Assembly: GCA_022813965.1 (NCBI GenBank)
Contig: JALDZS010000001.1
Coordinates: 248,001-312,000, forward strand
DNA length: 64,000 nucleotides
Direction: 5' to 3'
DNA from: Toensbergia leucococca
Taxonomy: Eukaryota
Shown: positions 52,965 to 64,000 of the stretch, one piece after another
How the letters are laid out: each line of letters starts with the position of its first letter
How positions within the stretch are numbered: the stretch's first letter is position 1
Notes under the pieces: model-generated
What the model was told of the DNA's origin: nothing
What the model saw: only the letters and a program-made list of their open reading frames with translations
The model's database searches: none
Program-made: the position numbers and the translations under genes

Positions 52965-54863
52965 ATGCTTACTGTTGTAGTGTGCATAGTCCTTGCCACA
53001 GCCCTTTGGTTCCTCCAAGGACAACGGTCAGAGATCAGGCGCAATGGCCAAAGATTACCGTATGACACATTTCGACACATACGAGAACATACTGATTGCA
53101 ATATCCTAGACGCCCGCCAGGCACTCTTCCCTTGGCTGGTAATGGCATCTGGTTTCTACAACCAAGGCATAAACTCCTAGACTGGTTTGTCCAGTGCGAA
53201 CGGAAGATTGGATTTAACACTTTCGAGATATCTGTCCCGTCTCTGCCACCCGCCATTGTGATCAATGATCCTAAAAACGTCGAACATGTACTAAAAAACA
53301 ATGATATCTTCATCAAGGGTGAATTCTTTCGACAGAGATCGTGGGACCTCTTCGGTAGGTGATGATTCCATCTACCGGATAACAGCTAGGGCACGCCGGC
53401 CGAAGCCCTAATGTATGATTAATGTTGAACTATTGTCTAGGGAATGGTATCATCAACGCTGATGGAGATCTATGGAGGATCCAACGAAAAGCCGGTCTTC
53501 GATTTTTCAGCAACGCCAACCTGAAGGCATTTGCTAATGAAATCCTGCCTCTATACATTACGGGCACGAAGGACCGCCTCGACGCTGCGGCAAAAAGCTT
53601 CGACTCCTTGGACTTGCAAGATGTCCTTCTGGAGCTTACAACCCGCCTGATGGGTAAGATGGCTTACGATGTGAGTCTTGCATGATATGGGAACCAAAAC
53701 CATTAGGCATCCACGTCTATCCGACATGCCAATCTGAGCCTCCAGATCACATCTGACTTCTGCAGATGGACATGCATGGCTCTTTGCCTTTTTCCAAAGC
53801 CTTTGATTTTGCTTCTGGTGCGATTGGAGAACGCTTCCAGAATCCGTTCTGGAAGATCAAAGAGTTCGTAATGGGTGCTGCACTACGTGAAGCTGTTTTG
53901 CAGGTGAAGCTGTTTGGGAGCACTATCGTCACCGCTTCTGTGCAGAAGAGAGAGCTCGGCAAAGCAAGTGATAGTGAGCAGATGGTAGAGAGCGCAGATC
54001 CGCTCCAGAGTAATCTGATCAATGCATTGCTTGATCACATTGAAGACCACCAAGTTGTTGCCGACGCTGCAATGAACTACCTTTCCGCAGGTAAACGATG
54101 AATGCTAGCTCCAGGTATCCTCTGTTTTACTTATTGCACGATAGGCAGAGACACAACGGCGCAATCACTGACCTGGGCTTTCTACCTGCTCATGCGTAAC
54201 CCTGCATCTCGGAGAAAGATACGCGAAGAATTACAAGTTGCCTTTCCCAGTGCCAACAAAGAACTCCCCTTGTCCTTTGACACAATTCAACCCAATTGCC
54301 TTCCGTACACGATGGCAGTTTTCAATGAGGCTCTACGTCTCTATCCACCTGTCCCAGTCGAGCTCAAAGAATGCACATCGCCCACTACATTCCCTGATGG
54401 AATCTCGTTACCAAAAGGAGCGGTAGTAATGTGGGTTCCGTGGGCAATGGGACGGTCTAAGCAGATCTGGGGCGAAGACGCAGACGACTTCAGCCCCGAA
54501 AGATGGTTCGATGGTTCTGGTGCTTGTTCAGTCGAAGCAGACTCTGTCAACGTCTCTATCAGCAATGCTGAAGAAACGAAGAAACCGTCACTGATATCAA
54601 AGACAGCATTCGAATTTCCCGTATTCAACGGAGGCCCTCGATCGTGTCTCGGAAAGAAGATGGCGGAGCTTCTGGCCGTTTATGTTATTGCGAGTCTTGT
54701 GTGGGAGTATGATCTCGAGGAGATACAGGAGGTGAAATTGGGCTGCTGGGGTAGTGGTAAGGCAAGATTAAGTCAGAATAGCTTGACATTGCCTATGCAG
54801 GGTGGACTACCGTGCTTCGTGCATCCAAGATTGGTAGGCATCAAGCAGGATAATGTAGCCTAA
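52965..54863 (+). CDS. Cytochrome P450 (resembles fatty-acid hydroxylase-type CYP86/CYP94/CYP52-like enzymes)
   Basis: N-terminal anchor; DLFGNGIINADG; I-helix AGRDTT; EALR (ExxR); PERW; heme motif FNGGPRSCLG. Confidence 0.93.
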
Positions 54864-54918
54864 TGAGCTTGATCAACCCACTCCTTTGACACAGCTGTGG
54901 GCTTTGGTATGATTGATC

Positions 54919-56272
54919 TCATGATGTACTAGTTGACTTTGAGCGTTTCTTCATCACTTTGTCAACGTTCCGGATGGTCTCTACATCGTGTTTCGTCAGA
55001 TCAAAGCTTGTTTGCCCCCAAACCTGTTTAAGCCAAGGAATCGCACTCCTCCATTCCTTTGAATGAGATACTTTCTCGAGCCAACGCAGCCCGTCGGCAA
55101 GTTTACCAGCTCGACGGAGTAGAATAGCGAGGTAGACTTGGCTAGATTCGATATCACACTCGGCCCCAACGGCGAACCATTCTTGAGCCAGGAGACGATT
55201 ATCGACCGAATCTTCCTGCTTCTGTGTCTGCATCTGCTTATAATAGTACATCCCAATTTCATTGGCCGCCTGCGGGACGCCTGATGCTGCTGCCTTGAGC
55301 ATGTGATTGAGATAATCATCGGATGAAGAGTCTTCAAAGAATTTTGCAAGGTAATAATAAGCTAAAGGATCATCGTACTGTAGTGCACCTTTCTCTATTG
55401 CGACTTTCGCGCTAGTCAAATGTCCTGCTTGAATCTGGAGTCGACTAATAGATTTCCACGCCTCAGCAATACTTCTGTCCAAGGCTTTGGTATTGTCGCC
55501 CGTACGAGTCTGGATTTCAGTAACCTCTTTATATAACTTGAGTGCAAGTTTTGGTTTGCCTTCCGACTCACAGACCTGGCATTCCAAGATCAGTGCTTCA
55601 GGATCTTTGGCTTCGGCAAATCCTGCAAGCTGTCTTCTAGGTCCGTGAATTTCTGGCCGGCTTAGCCTAGATGTTCGGATAGCTTGTCTGATAATCTCGA
55701 ATGTTGCTTGGCTGTCATTCAACTTCGATGCAGCAGAAAATAAAGCGGTGACCACATCCATGTGACCAAGTCCGCTACGGCGAATAATCTGGGCCAGCAA
55801 GGTTAGGGTAAAGGGCTGTATCTGGTATTCTTATGGGCGTTAGTCGACGAGTAATTAGATTTGGCAGTGGATTGTGCGTACTTGAGCACAATTCTTCCAA
55901 TGCCTTGGGTCCTGGGTTGCCATCAAGAGATTGAAAGTCGTTCAGTATCCTTCCTGCCGTTTCGGGGTTAACTGGGAGAACCCCAGATAGATGTGCAGAT
56001 ACAAAGAGAGCGTTTGGGCATGGACTATCTGGCTTTTCTTGACGTGCTGGTCTTGGGACTGGTGTTGGTGCTGATTTTGAGGGATCGTGGTTTTGAAGTT
56101 CCCATTTCTTTCTGTGTTCTATATCCTTCACAGTTGGGGAGCGTCCACTTACCAAGCGTAGGACACTAGAAGTGGATAGGGGTGATTTGCCGGAGGTATA
56201 CTTGGTGAGATGATACCTATTATTGCACAAAATGGGGTATATCTTCGAAGCTCCTCTAATCATGCTCTTCAT
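54919..56272 (-). CDS. Sel1/TPR-like helical-repeat protein, probably mitochondrial
   Basis: Basic/hydroxylated presequence; Sel1-like motifs DDPLAYYYLA, KAAASG...AANEIG and AQEWF; one intron. Confidence 0.7.
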
Positions 56273-56477
56273 CCTACTTACCTTATCATCAACGAAAGAC
56301 TATGTAGAAGTCTATAAGTATGCTTCGCCATCAGTATTGTTTGAGGGTTGATTGACACTAGCACCACTAGTGCTGTATTCTACCTTAGAATACTCTAAGC
56401 TCCAAATTATCCGCCGGAGCCGCCATCTGCGGTCTCGGCTCCCGCAAGAAATCTCGCACATGCATATATTTCATCAT

Positions 56478-56513
56478 TGCAAAATTCATTGGTGCAAAAT
56501 TCATTGGTGCAAA
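56478..56513. repeat. 15-bp tandem repeat immediately upstream of the ATG
   Basis: TGCAAAATTCATTGG x2 followed by TGCAAA(TG). Confidence 0.85.
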
Positions 56514-58014
56514 TGTTTTCGAACCTTTTCCAAGCTACCAAAGCAATTTTCGCAAGACCGCCTGCCCTCGTATACTTGTCCTCGCATTCTACTGTGGACG
56601 AACAGCTACAGATCGAGCTTGCTAACGCCGTGGAAAAAGGCATGGTCACAAGTAGAAGACAAGAGCATTTGCTGTCGGATGATGAGAGCCTCCGTGCCAT
56701 TCAGAATGGAACAGCAAAGGTTCAATCGAGGAAGAGGAAGACCGAGCATGATATGGACATCACTCCTAAGCAGTCTTCACCTAAGCGCAGACGCAGAGAC
56801 ATGAGCACTGCCATTTTTGGACCGGGTTCGCCCACGGTGGTCGAGTCGCCTGAAAAGCCCCTGTCAGCAAACAAGGAATACAAATTGAAGCCTCAGGCTA
56901 TGGGGGACCAAACAAATAATGCCCAAAATCTGACGGGAGAAGTCATAGCAGGAGAGGTGGACCGGACAGTTGTCACATCAACGCCATCAACAAATGTCGC
57001 CGTCCAGGGATCCAGTACTGCAAATGGTGATTCTATAGTAGATGCTGTTGGTAGCACTCTTGACTCGTATCAGCCGCCAGGGAAAGCTTCCGATGGCACG
57101 CAGCAAGTAAATTTCGTGAGGCAGAAAAAGATATCTAGTGTAAGGGATTTTAAAAGAAGAGAAAAATTCGGGTTTGAGGAGCCTGTTACTGCTTCACGAG
57201 GTGTACCAGCTTCCACGATCTCAAAGGCTACACATAAAAGGTTTGGAAGCGATGATATAGAATTGTCAGATCCCTTATCATTCGAGGTCAAGGCCGATAT
57301 TGATCAGAGTAAACGGGAAGGCTATTTACGAGAGGCTGTCATTGAAGACAATAGTGAAGATGACGCCCCCGACACAGTCACTGCGTCCAATGGTCTCGAT
57401 CAAGCTCGGATGGCGGTAAAGGAGGTATCGAATGCCATAGAAAGGTACGAGACCAGTATCCTAGTCTCGTATTGATTTCAGATCTAACTATGTGTAGACA
57501 AGAGACAGCAGGAAAGAAAAGAAGAAGAGATTTAGATGCTCGTTTGAAGCTCCAAGCAAAATCAGCCAAGAAGCATAGAACAAAATTGTCGGAATTCTCA
57601 TTAGAGACTGTTGAAAAGCCTATGAACAGTGACTTCTCTGATAGAATAGCTGGAGACAGTGAGAGAATCGACGAGAGTCCCCTTCTCTCTGGAGAAGATC
57701 CTCTTCCTGCGTTACTCCCAGATGACATCCTTGCAATAGAACCACCGATGCGGTCTCCAACTCCTCTGCTTACTATACCAAATGGCAAAAAGGCTATGAA
57801 TTTAAAGCGCAAATTCTTCGATGCAGACCCAAAGCCTCCGAAGGATATCACGCGTGGTCCCGTTAAAGTCCGCGTCTTAGAACTGGATAAAACAAATCTC
57901 CCGCCAAGGGCGTCGAAATCTAGTCGAATGCTTAAGGAGTCTTGGCTCACCGGTCACCGAGGAGGGGTTGGAGTGCAGCGCCGAAAATTCGGGGGTGGAT
58001 TTGTGCGAAAATAA
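56513..58014 (+). CDS. BUD21: U3 snoRNA-associated protein (Bud21/Utp16-like)
   Basis: HKRFGSD, SEDDAPDTV, LPALLPDDIL, RGPVKVRVL and ESWL; one intron. Confidence 0.65.
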
Positions 58015-58710
58015 CATGGGGAGACAATGTCTTGATCTCCTGCAGATTCTAGATCCGATATTGAGCCAAGCAACTCTGCGACTCATTTTCTTTAATGACG
58101 GATCTGGGAATTGGTGCTCTTTGCAACGACTCGCACGGGAAGCCTCGCCACTTGAAGAATGTTCCATCACTGCTTGGCAAGAGGTGTAGCGGAGGCCAGA
58201 GCTAGCATGTCGATTCTCTCCACAGCTTCTGTCCTGCATCAAACCCATCATGCGAAAGTCCTGAATCGACACAATTTTAGAGACATCATGGTGCTTCTTC
58301 TGTAGAGATTCGAGACTGTTGTTTTGCTGCCTAGACCTTTCTTCGTCATCATAACTCTGGAAGATGGTCCTACAGGCTCTTGGCGGCCGTTCTTCGTCGC
58401 CAAAATACTGGGAAAAGTCAGGCCACAGCCACAAGGTCTCAGCGACTATATCCGTGTCAGCAGTATAAATTGTGGAAACGCTGGTGGATGAGGCTATAGA
58501 TCCCAAAACGATGGATGTGGCGTTGACAACCCTTAAGCGGCGGGAAGGCTCGTATGAAAAGTCGATGCTCTGTTGTCCTCGGTATGCTATGTGGTTTGTG
58601 AAGGTTGAGGAGTCATGGCTTTCGAATAGCAGTGGACATTTGTCGAACGAATGCTGTCCAAACCTGGTTTCAGGGATTGCTAAGGCTGGATACCGGGGCA
58701 TTGTATCCAT
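57877..58710 (-). CDS. Hypothetical protein
   Basis: About 280-codon open frame with no recognisable motif; its 3' end overlaps the Bud21-like gene in antisense. Confidence 0.3.
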   Translation of the reverse strand: MDTMPRYPALAIPETRFGQHSFDKCPLLFESHDSSTFTNHIAYRGQQSIDFSYEPSRRLRVVNATSIVLGSIASSTSVSTIYTADTDIVAETLWLWPDFSQYFGDEERPPRACRTIFQSYDDEERSRQQNNSLESLQKKHHDVSKIVSIQDFRMMGLMQDRSCGENRHASSGLRYTSCQAVMEHSSSGEASRASRCKEHQFPDPSLKKMSRRVAWLNIGSRICRRSRHCLPMLFSHKSTPEFSALHSNPSSVTGEPRLLKHSTRFRRPWREICFIQF

Positions 58711-59177
58711 ATCTAAGAAGCAAAAAGTATTCAAGGCTTTATTGATGCTGATAGCCTGATACGAAGGATATTGTATTCAAGCAAACGATAGACACAGAAA
58801 TGTACTGCTGTGGAAGGACACATATTTATACATCGAGCATACCATTTAACTCTTGAGATCAATCTCTACCAGATTCCAAAGAATCTCAAAACGACTTAGC
58901 AGTGCTTTAAACTTCGAGGTGTTCGATGATTAAGAATAATTAGGGTTTGACATACTGCTCCCAATCTGGTCAAGCGTGAGAAAGAAGGGCTCGGTAAATA
59001 TCGCTTAAGACCAGGTGCCGAAAGCTTGTTATGCATTCGCCTATTGCTGCATACGGATAAACTAGAGCAATTACGCCGTTGAAGCGCAAAAGATTTGGGC
59101 TCTGTTCTTGCTATGACGATGGAATCTGTATACATGAGAGAGCCTACGAAGCGTCAATCGTACATTTCAATTTGAAA

Positions 59178-60962
59178 ATGGCCTCTACCACAACTGAGTC
59201 ATCACCGCTCAATCAAAACCAACCGCCGCCAACACCAGCGGTAGCTATTCCTTCTCGCCATCCAAGAACAGTGACCTTCAATCCCCAAACCACAATTAGC
59301 CACCCCAACAGCTCACTCACCCAAATCTCGCCACTCCGTCCTGCTCCTCGGTCTTCGCCAACCTACCCGGCTCCGCAATATGTCAGTCCCGGCCAGCCCA
59401 TGCTCTCCGCTCTTAACAGCAAGCTGCGAAGACGGAATAGCCACGGCTCGCCATTGTCTTCGCCGACCGCCGTTCAACCAGCCTCAAAAATTGGCCCGCA
59501 GAGAACAACCAAAAACGCCCAGAAATTGAAGCTTCTACCCAATCCGGATCCTGGAGATGATGGACCAGATGAGGAAAGCGGGAGAGACGTCTATTCTCAA
59601 TTTACCCGAATCAAGGATCCTACAGCACGGCGAGATGCCGCGAGACTGGGTAAGGCAGATAGGGATAGATTACCGAGGGTGACGGCCTATTGCACAGCCA
59701 GTTCATATCGTCTGGACGGGCTCATGAAGTTTCTCAAGGGAAGAGGAAGAACACGAGGGGCCAACCCGAAACAATTTGACGAGTGCATATACTCTCCCTA
59801 TGACTGCGGAAAACCACAAGAGGGGAAGAAAACTGCATTTAGTGATGTTGACGGAGCGAATTCGAGCGAGCTGGATATTTCTTCGGATCTACCGTCGATG
59901 CAGGAGCGGAGATACTCGGATAGTGTGGTAGAGGTGGAAGACAACAAACAGTTACGACGGGAAGACCTAATAGATCTGCATAATCAAGCTGGAGACATCT
60001 CACTTGACAATGGGGAGAGCTCAATACCAAATCATACCGTGGCCGAGATGGAACAAGCGCAGCCTCAGCGGGAAGACACCCTGGACTTCGACACCCAAGT
60101 CCACACCCCGGAGGTATTTCTGTTTGAGTACGGCACCGTCGTCATATGGGGAATGACACTGCTGCAAGAAGAGCGTTTTCTCAAAGATATTGCCAAATTC
60201 GAAAACGAAAAACTCTCCGAAGACGACGTGCAAACGGAAAACTTCAACTTCTATTACACGCGTGAATATCAAGCCCGGATCTATAATGACTTCATCAGCC
60301 TCCGAGAAAAAAAGAACTACATGACCAAACTCGCCATCAGCCACGCCCTGGCCCAAAGCGTCAAAGTAAGCCCCCATACTCTTTCCCTCAAAGTCACTCA
60401 CCCCCTAAACTCATCCCCATTCATAGACCTCCCTCTTCGAAGATCTCGTCTCAACAACCATATCCCTCACCACCCCTCTCCCAGAACAAATAGCCCTAAC
60501 CGGCTCTATCGCCCTTACCCGCCGCGAAATCACCATGCAAATCGGCCAGCTCTTCATCCTGCGCATTAACATTCACTTGCAAGGCTCCGTGCTGGATAGT
60601 CCCGAGCTTATGTGGGCCGAGCCGCAGCTGGAGCCCGTATATGGGGCTGTGCGCAGCTATTTGGAGATGGATCAGCGGGTTGGGTTGTTGACGGAGAGGC
60701 TGGATGTTATTGCGGATTTGCTGGCCGTTTTGAAGGATCAGGTGCGGACGAGTCATGGGGAGTATTTGGAGTGGATTGGTAGGTTTTGCGTGGTTTTTTT
60801 TCTCCGGGGAGGGAGTTGAGCTTGCTTTGAGCCTCTCTGGAGGGACTTGTGCAGTTTAGATGCTAATGAAGGGTGGGTTGTGTAGTGATCGTTCTTATCG
60901 CAGCGGAGATTTTGGTCGCCGCAATCAACATCGTCGTGGATCTGTACGCCGGTGTGGAATAA
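59178..60962 (+). CDS. RMD1: Sporulation protein RMD1 (DUF155)
   Basis: RVTAYCTASSY, EVFLFEYGTVVIWG, RIYNDFI, KLAISHALAQSVK, GSVLDSPE and HGEYLEWIVIVLI; two introns. Confidence 0.93.
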
Positions 60963-61711
60963 AGATTAAACGTCCTTTGCAAATACCATTGCTTCGCCCG
61001 GAATGGTGGGACCATCACACTTATTCGGGCATTCTTCTCAAGATATCTAGCTATCACGTGTACAAGAACGACTCAAAGCGAGTAGGATCTCGCTATGCTT
61101 TTTCCTTTGCGAAAAGCTGTACATAAATAGCCCCAATAGACAGAATAGCATTTCCGTCCAAATGTAGAAACTCTTCCAGTTCCCCTTTTCAGTTAAATTT
61201 TTTTATTGATTGTGTTCCGCAAATAGACTTTGACTTTTTTTTTGCTAAATTGATAGGTACCGGGCAAAAAGGAACCGCTAAAGTAAAAAAAAAAAAAATA
61301 GCGGCAATAATGCAAGCAAGCAGTTGAAGAAGTGATAGCCTATTTTTTTTTGGAGGCGGATTCGCAACAAACAACCCCATAGCAAAGAAAGCCCCCAGAA
61401 AGCGAAAAGGCCAGCTCCTTCGATCCCGAGTGGTAGAAAGCAAATAAAGCAAAAGACTTGTCAAAAGCAAAAAGAAAACCCCATCTGAGCTCGTTTACCG
61501 TTTTTGCCTCGCCCTTCTTTCCTCTCAAACCATGAAACCAATCTTACAAGACCGACTCTTCGGCACAGCAAATGAGAATAACTCTCCCTCCTCCTCATCC
61601 TTCACCCCCGTAGATTACCAACAAAAATCCCGCAAAAACCAACATCTTCACCATAACAAACCGAACCCCTCCCTCCTCCTCCTCCTCATCATCCCCAATC
61701 CACCCCACCCC

Positions 61712-62739
61712 TCACCCATTAACAGCCGTAAAACCCCCCCCACTCCCATCCATATCCACATCATCCCCTCCCCTCCCCTCCCTCCCCGCTGCCCCAAAGC
61801 CCGCACTCGCACCCCTTCCCCCCCTCCCCCTCCTCTTCCACTCATCCATCTCCTCCTGCCACTTCCGCATCCGCTCCTCATACCGCGCCACCCAATTCTG
61901 CACGCTGCCCAGCCCCTCCACCCACAAGCCCTCGCGCTCCAACTCCGCCCACTGGCCCAGCGCCACTTCGCGCAGTTGGTCTTCGGAGTGGCAGTTTGGG
62001 TGGTCGGCGGGCCGGGCGCGGAAGCAGGTTTCGTAGAAGTCGTCGAAGGGGAGCGGGGGGCGTGGGGGTTGGTGGGGCTGGTGGTGGGTGTTGTGGTAGT
62101 TTGGGGGTGGCTGGGGCGGTGAGTAGGTGGATTGGGCTAAGGGGTTTGGTTGGTGGTGGTGGTGGGTTGGGGTGCCGTTTGTTGGGGGCTGGGGGCCGGG
62201 TTGGAAGGCGGGAGGGGGGTGGGTGGTGGAGAGGGGGTTTGGGGTTGGGGTTAGTGTTTGGAAGGTTGGGTGGGAGAGCTGGAGGTTATGTGACATTGAG
62301 AGGTGTTGGGGTAGTGGAGGGGGGGAGGCGACGGGGCGACGATGGCTTCGTTTGGAGCGGAGGGGTTTTTCGAGGGGCTTTAGGGGGAGAAGGGGTTAGC
62401 GGTTGTTGGAATGGATGGTTGGGGGATGGAGTATTGGGATCAGGTAGGCTGTGGATATACCGTCGGCGGGCCATCGCTGCTCCCCTCGCTCTCCTCATCA
62501 AACATCCCGTTCCCGCCTCCAACGCCGTTCTTCTTCATGCGTTTCCCTAGTGTCTCGAGCAGGATTGCGCGTTCAAGGCGCATTTTACGGATGCCGCGCA
62601 TGAGACGCACTTTGCGGATGCGATAGGCATCGTTGCTTTCTTCGACTTCGTTGACGCGGCGACGCAGTTGGATGCATTTGTTTTTGTAGGCTTCTTCGAC
62701 TGAGGGGGGGAGAGTTGGGGGGATGGATCCGGCGGCCAT
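61712..62739 (-). CDS. IEC3: INO80 complex subunit Iec3-like, with HMG-like C-terminal region
   Basis: YKNKCIQLRRRVNEVEESND...IRKMRLERAILLE; SEGSSDGPPT|PLEKPLRSKRSHRR across an intron; ends GGGFTAVNG*. Confidence 0.75.
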
Positions 62740-63372
62740 GTTTTGAGGGTTGTTGTGAACGGGGTGATCGGGGATGGGGGCTGAGATGGCGATGGCGATG
62801 GCGATGGCGGAGGGAGGGAGGTGGGTGGTGATGGATTACTTATGTGAGACATGGCTGCTTTGACCATGTATGGATAGTCCCTAGGCGCTTCGGGCGGAAG
62901 ACGGCTTGGCGGTGTGGTGAAGGTGGAACGCTCCTGCTAGGCTGGTCACCGTATTCTAATGCGCAACAGAGTTGTCCAGGTATCCGTACCCCACAATAGA
63001 GAGTTGTCAATAAAAGTCTTCACTCTCTACTCAAAGCCTTTCTTGTGAAGAATTTGCAAAGCAATATATACGTCCAATCAAATACCATCCAGTACTATTC
63101 AGAGACTAAGATAAACATCCGTATCCAGTTAGATGGATACCTAGCCAGACGTCTCCATTTGGAGAGCATCGAATCCATAAAACTGTACCAAGTCTTCCAA
63201 CCGATGTAGTGACTTGGTAAGATGCATCGATGAGTAACTACAGATTCAACGCTCAATCAACTAGATATGTCTCGCACCAAATGCCTGCTCACTATTCCAA
63301 GCTTGCCTCGACTTTTTCTAGAAAGTGTACACTGGTGAATGCGCACCTAAAATGTAATGTCGAGGGCGTATT

Positions 63373-64000
63373 TTAGTCTCCTCGACTATAGGCCGAAATC
63401 AGAAAATGACAGGCGTATCTGTATGGTGCTTTTCCCTGCCCCTGAATGAGGTTGAGAGAGGTAATTACAGCTCGGGTTTTTGGAATGTCTAAAGAACCTT
63501 GCTGGAAGCTACAAGAGCTCAACCGAAGGATGATAGATTCAGGCGCTCTAGCCGATGCTGGGTGGCATCCACGAGGGCAGATCTGTATGATGAACATCAG
63601 CAACAGCCTCTTGTTCCAATCTCTAGAAACTGGGAAAACAATGAAATAGACCTACTCTCTTTCCAGCATTCCCATGACTTGTGCCACCTTAGCTTTCCGC
63701 AAGTCCGGGGGAATCTTGAATGCGTCATGGCCATTCGGTTGGCTACTTCCAGTCAGGTCTTTGGCGTGGGAGAGCAGCTCACTGGCCAGTTTTCGAGCCT
63801 AGCACAAAGTCAATAAAGTAATTCGATATGACAACCGGGCTCCGAAGTACCTCTTCGTATCGCTGCCAGGGTTCCAGTGCCGCTTGCTCGCCGTCCGCAT
63901 CCCTGTCATCCCGCAGTGCTAAAATCGAGTGCTCCATCTGATTTATCTCCTCAGCCAACTTTCGCTCCTTTTCACTCAACGCCCCAGAACCAATGCTCCC
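63373..64000 (-). CDS. 3' part of an unidentified spliced gene running off the window
   Basis: Frame is open from the window edge (EKERKLAEEINQMEHSIL...) and is followed by a GTGAG...CTGAC...TAG intron-like segment. True stop uncertain. Confidence 0.35.

Noticed and set aside
61532..62550. Plus-strand Pro/Gly-rich ORFs
   Set aside because: Antisense shadows of the IEC3-like gene in compositionally skewed DNA.
1..64000. tRNA, rRNA or CRISPR arrays
   Set aside because: GGTTCGA-like words (for example ~20947, ~25935, ~28043) lack cloverleaf context. No rRNA-like segment or regularly spaced repeat-spacer array was seen, and the DNA is eukaryotic.

Overview
Intron-rich, gene-dense DNA from a filamentous ascomycete (Pezizomycotina); the exact lineage cannot be determined from this window. 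It carries about 24 protein-coding loci. The housekeeping genes are CTP synthase, a RING protein, an alpha/beta hydrolase, a Pic2-like phosphate carrier, CCT8, an F-box/WD40 protein, a RING-PH-vWA scaffold, OMA1, a Bud21-like protein, RMD1 and IEC3. There are two accessory-looking blocks. The first (13-17.6 kb) has a foldback element next to a frameshifted HeLo-like-N/pseudokinase/ZZ gene with an MLKL-like layout. The second (36.5-54.9 kb) is a candidate gene cluster: methyltransferase, type III PKS, Zn2Cys6 regulator, egghead-like GT2, GH105-like hydrolase, Cps1-like GT2, sugar porter and P450. Other notable signals are an apparently obligatory AT-AC intron with U2-type signals in CTP synthase, a 4-nt micro-exon in the phosphate carrier, and repeated sharp C/A-to-G/T strand-composition switches. 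All exon boundaries were read by eye and all family calls rest on recognised motifs; no database searches were run.
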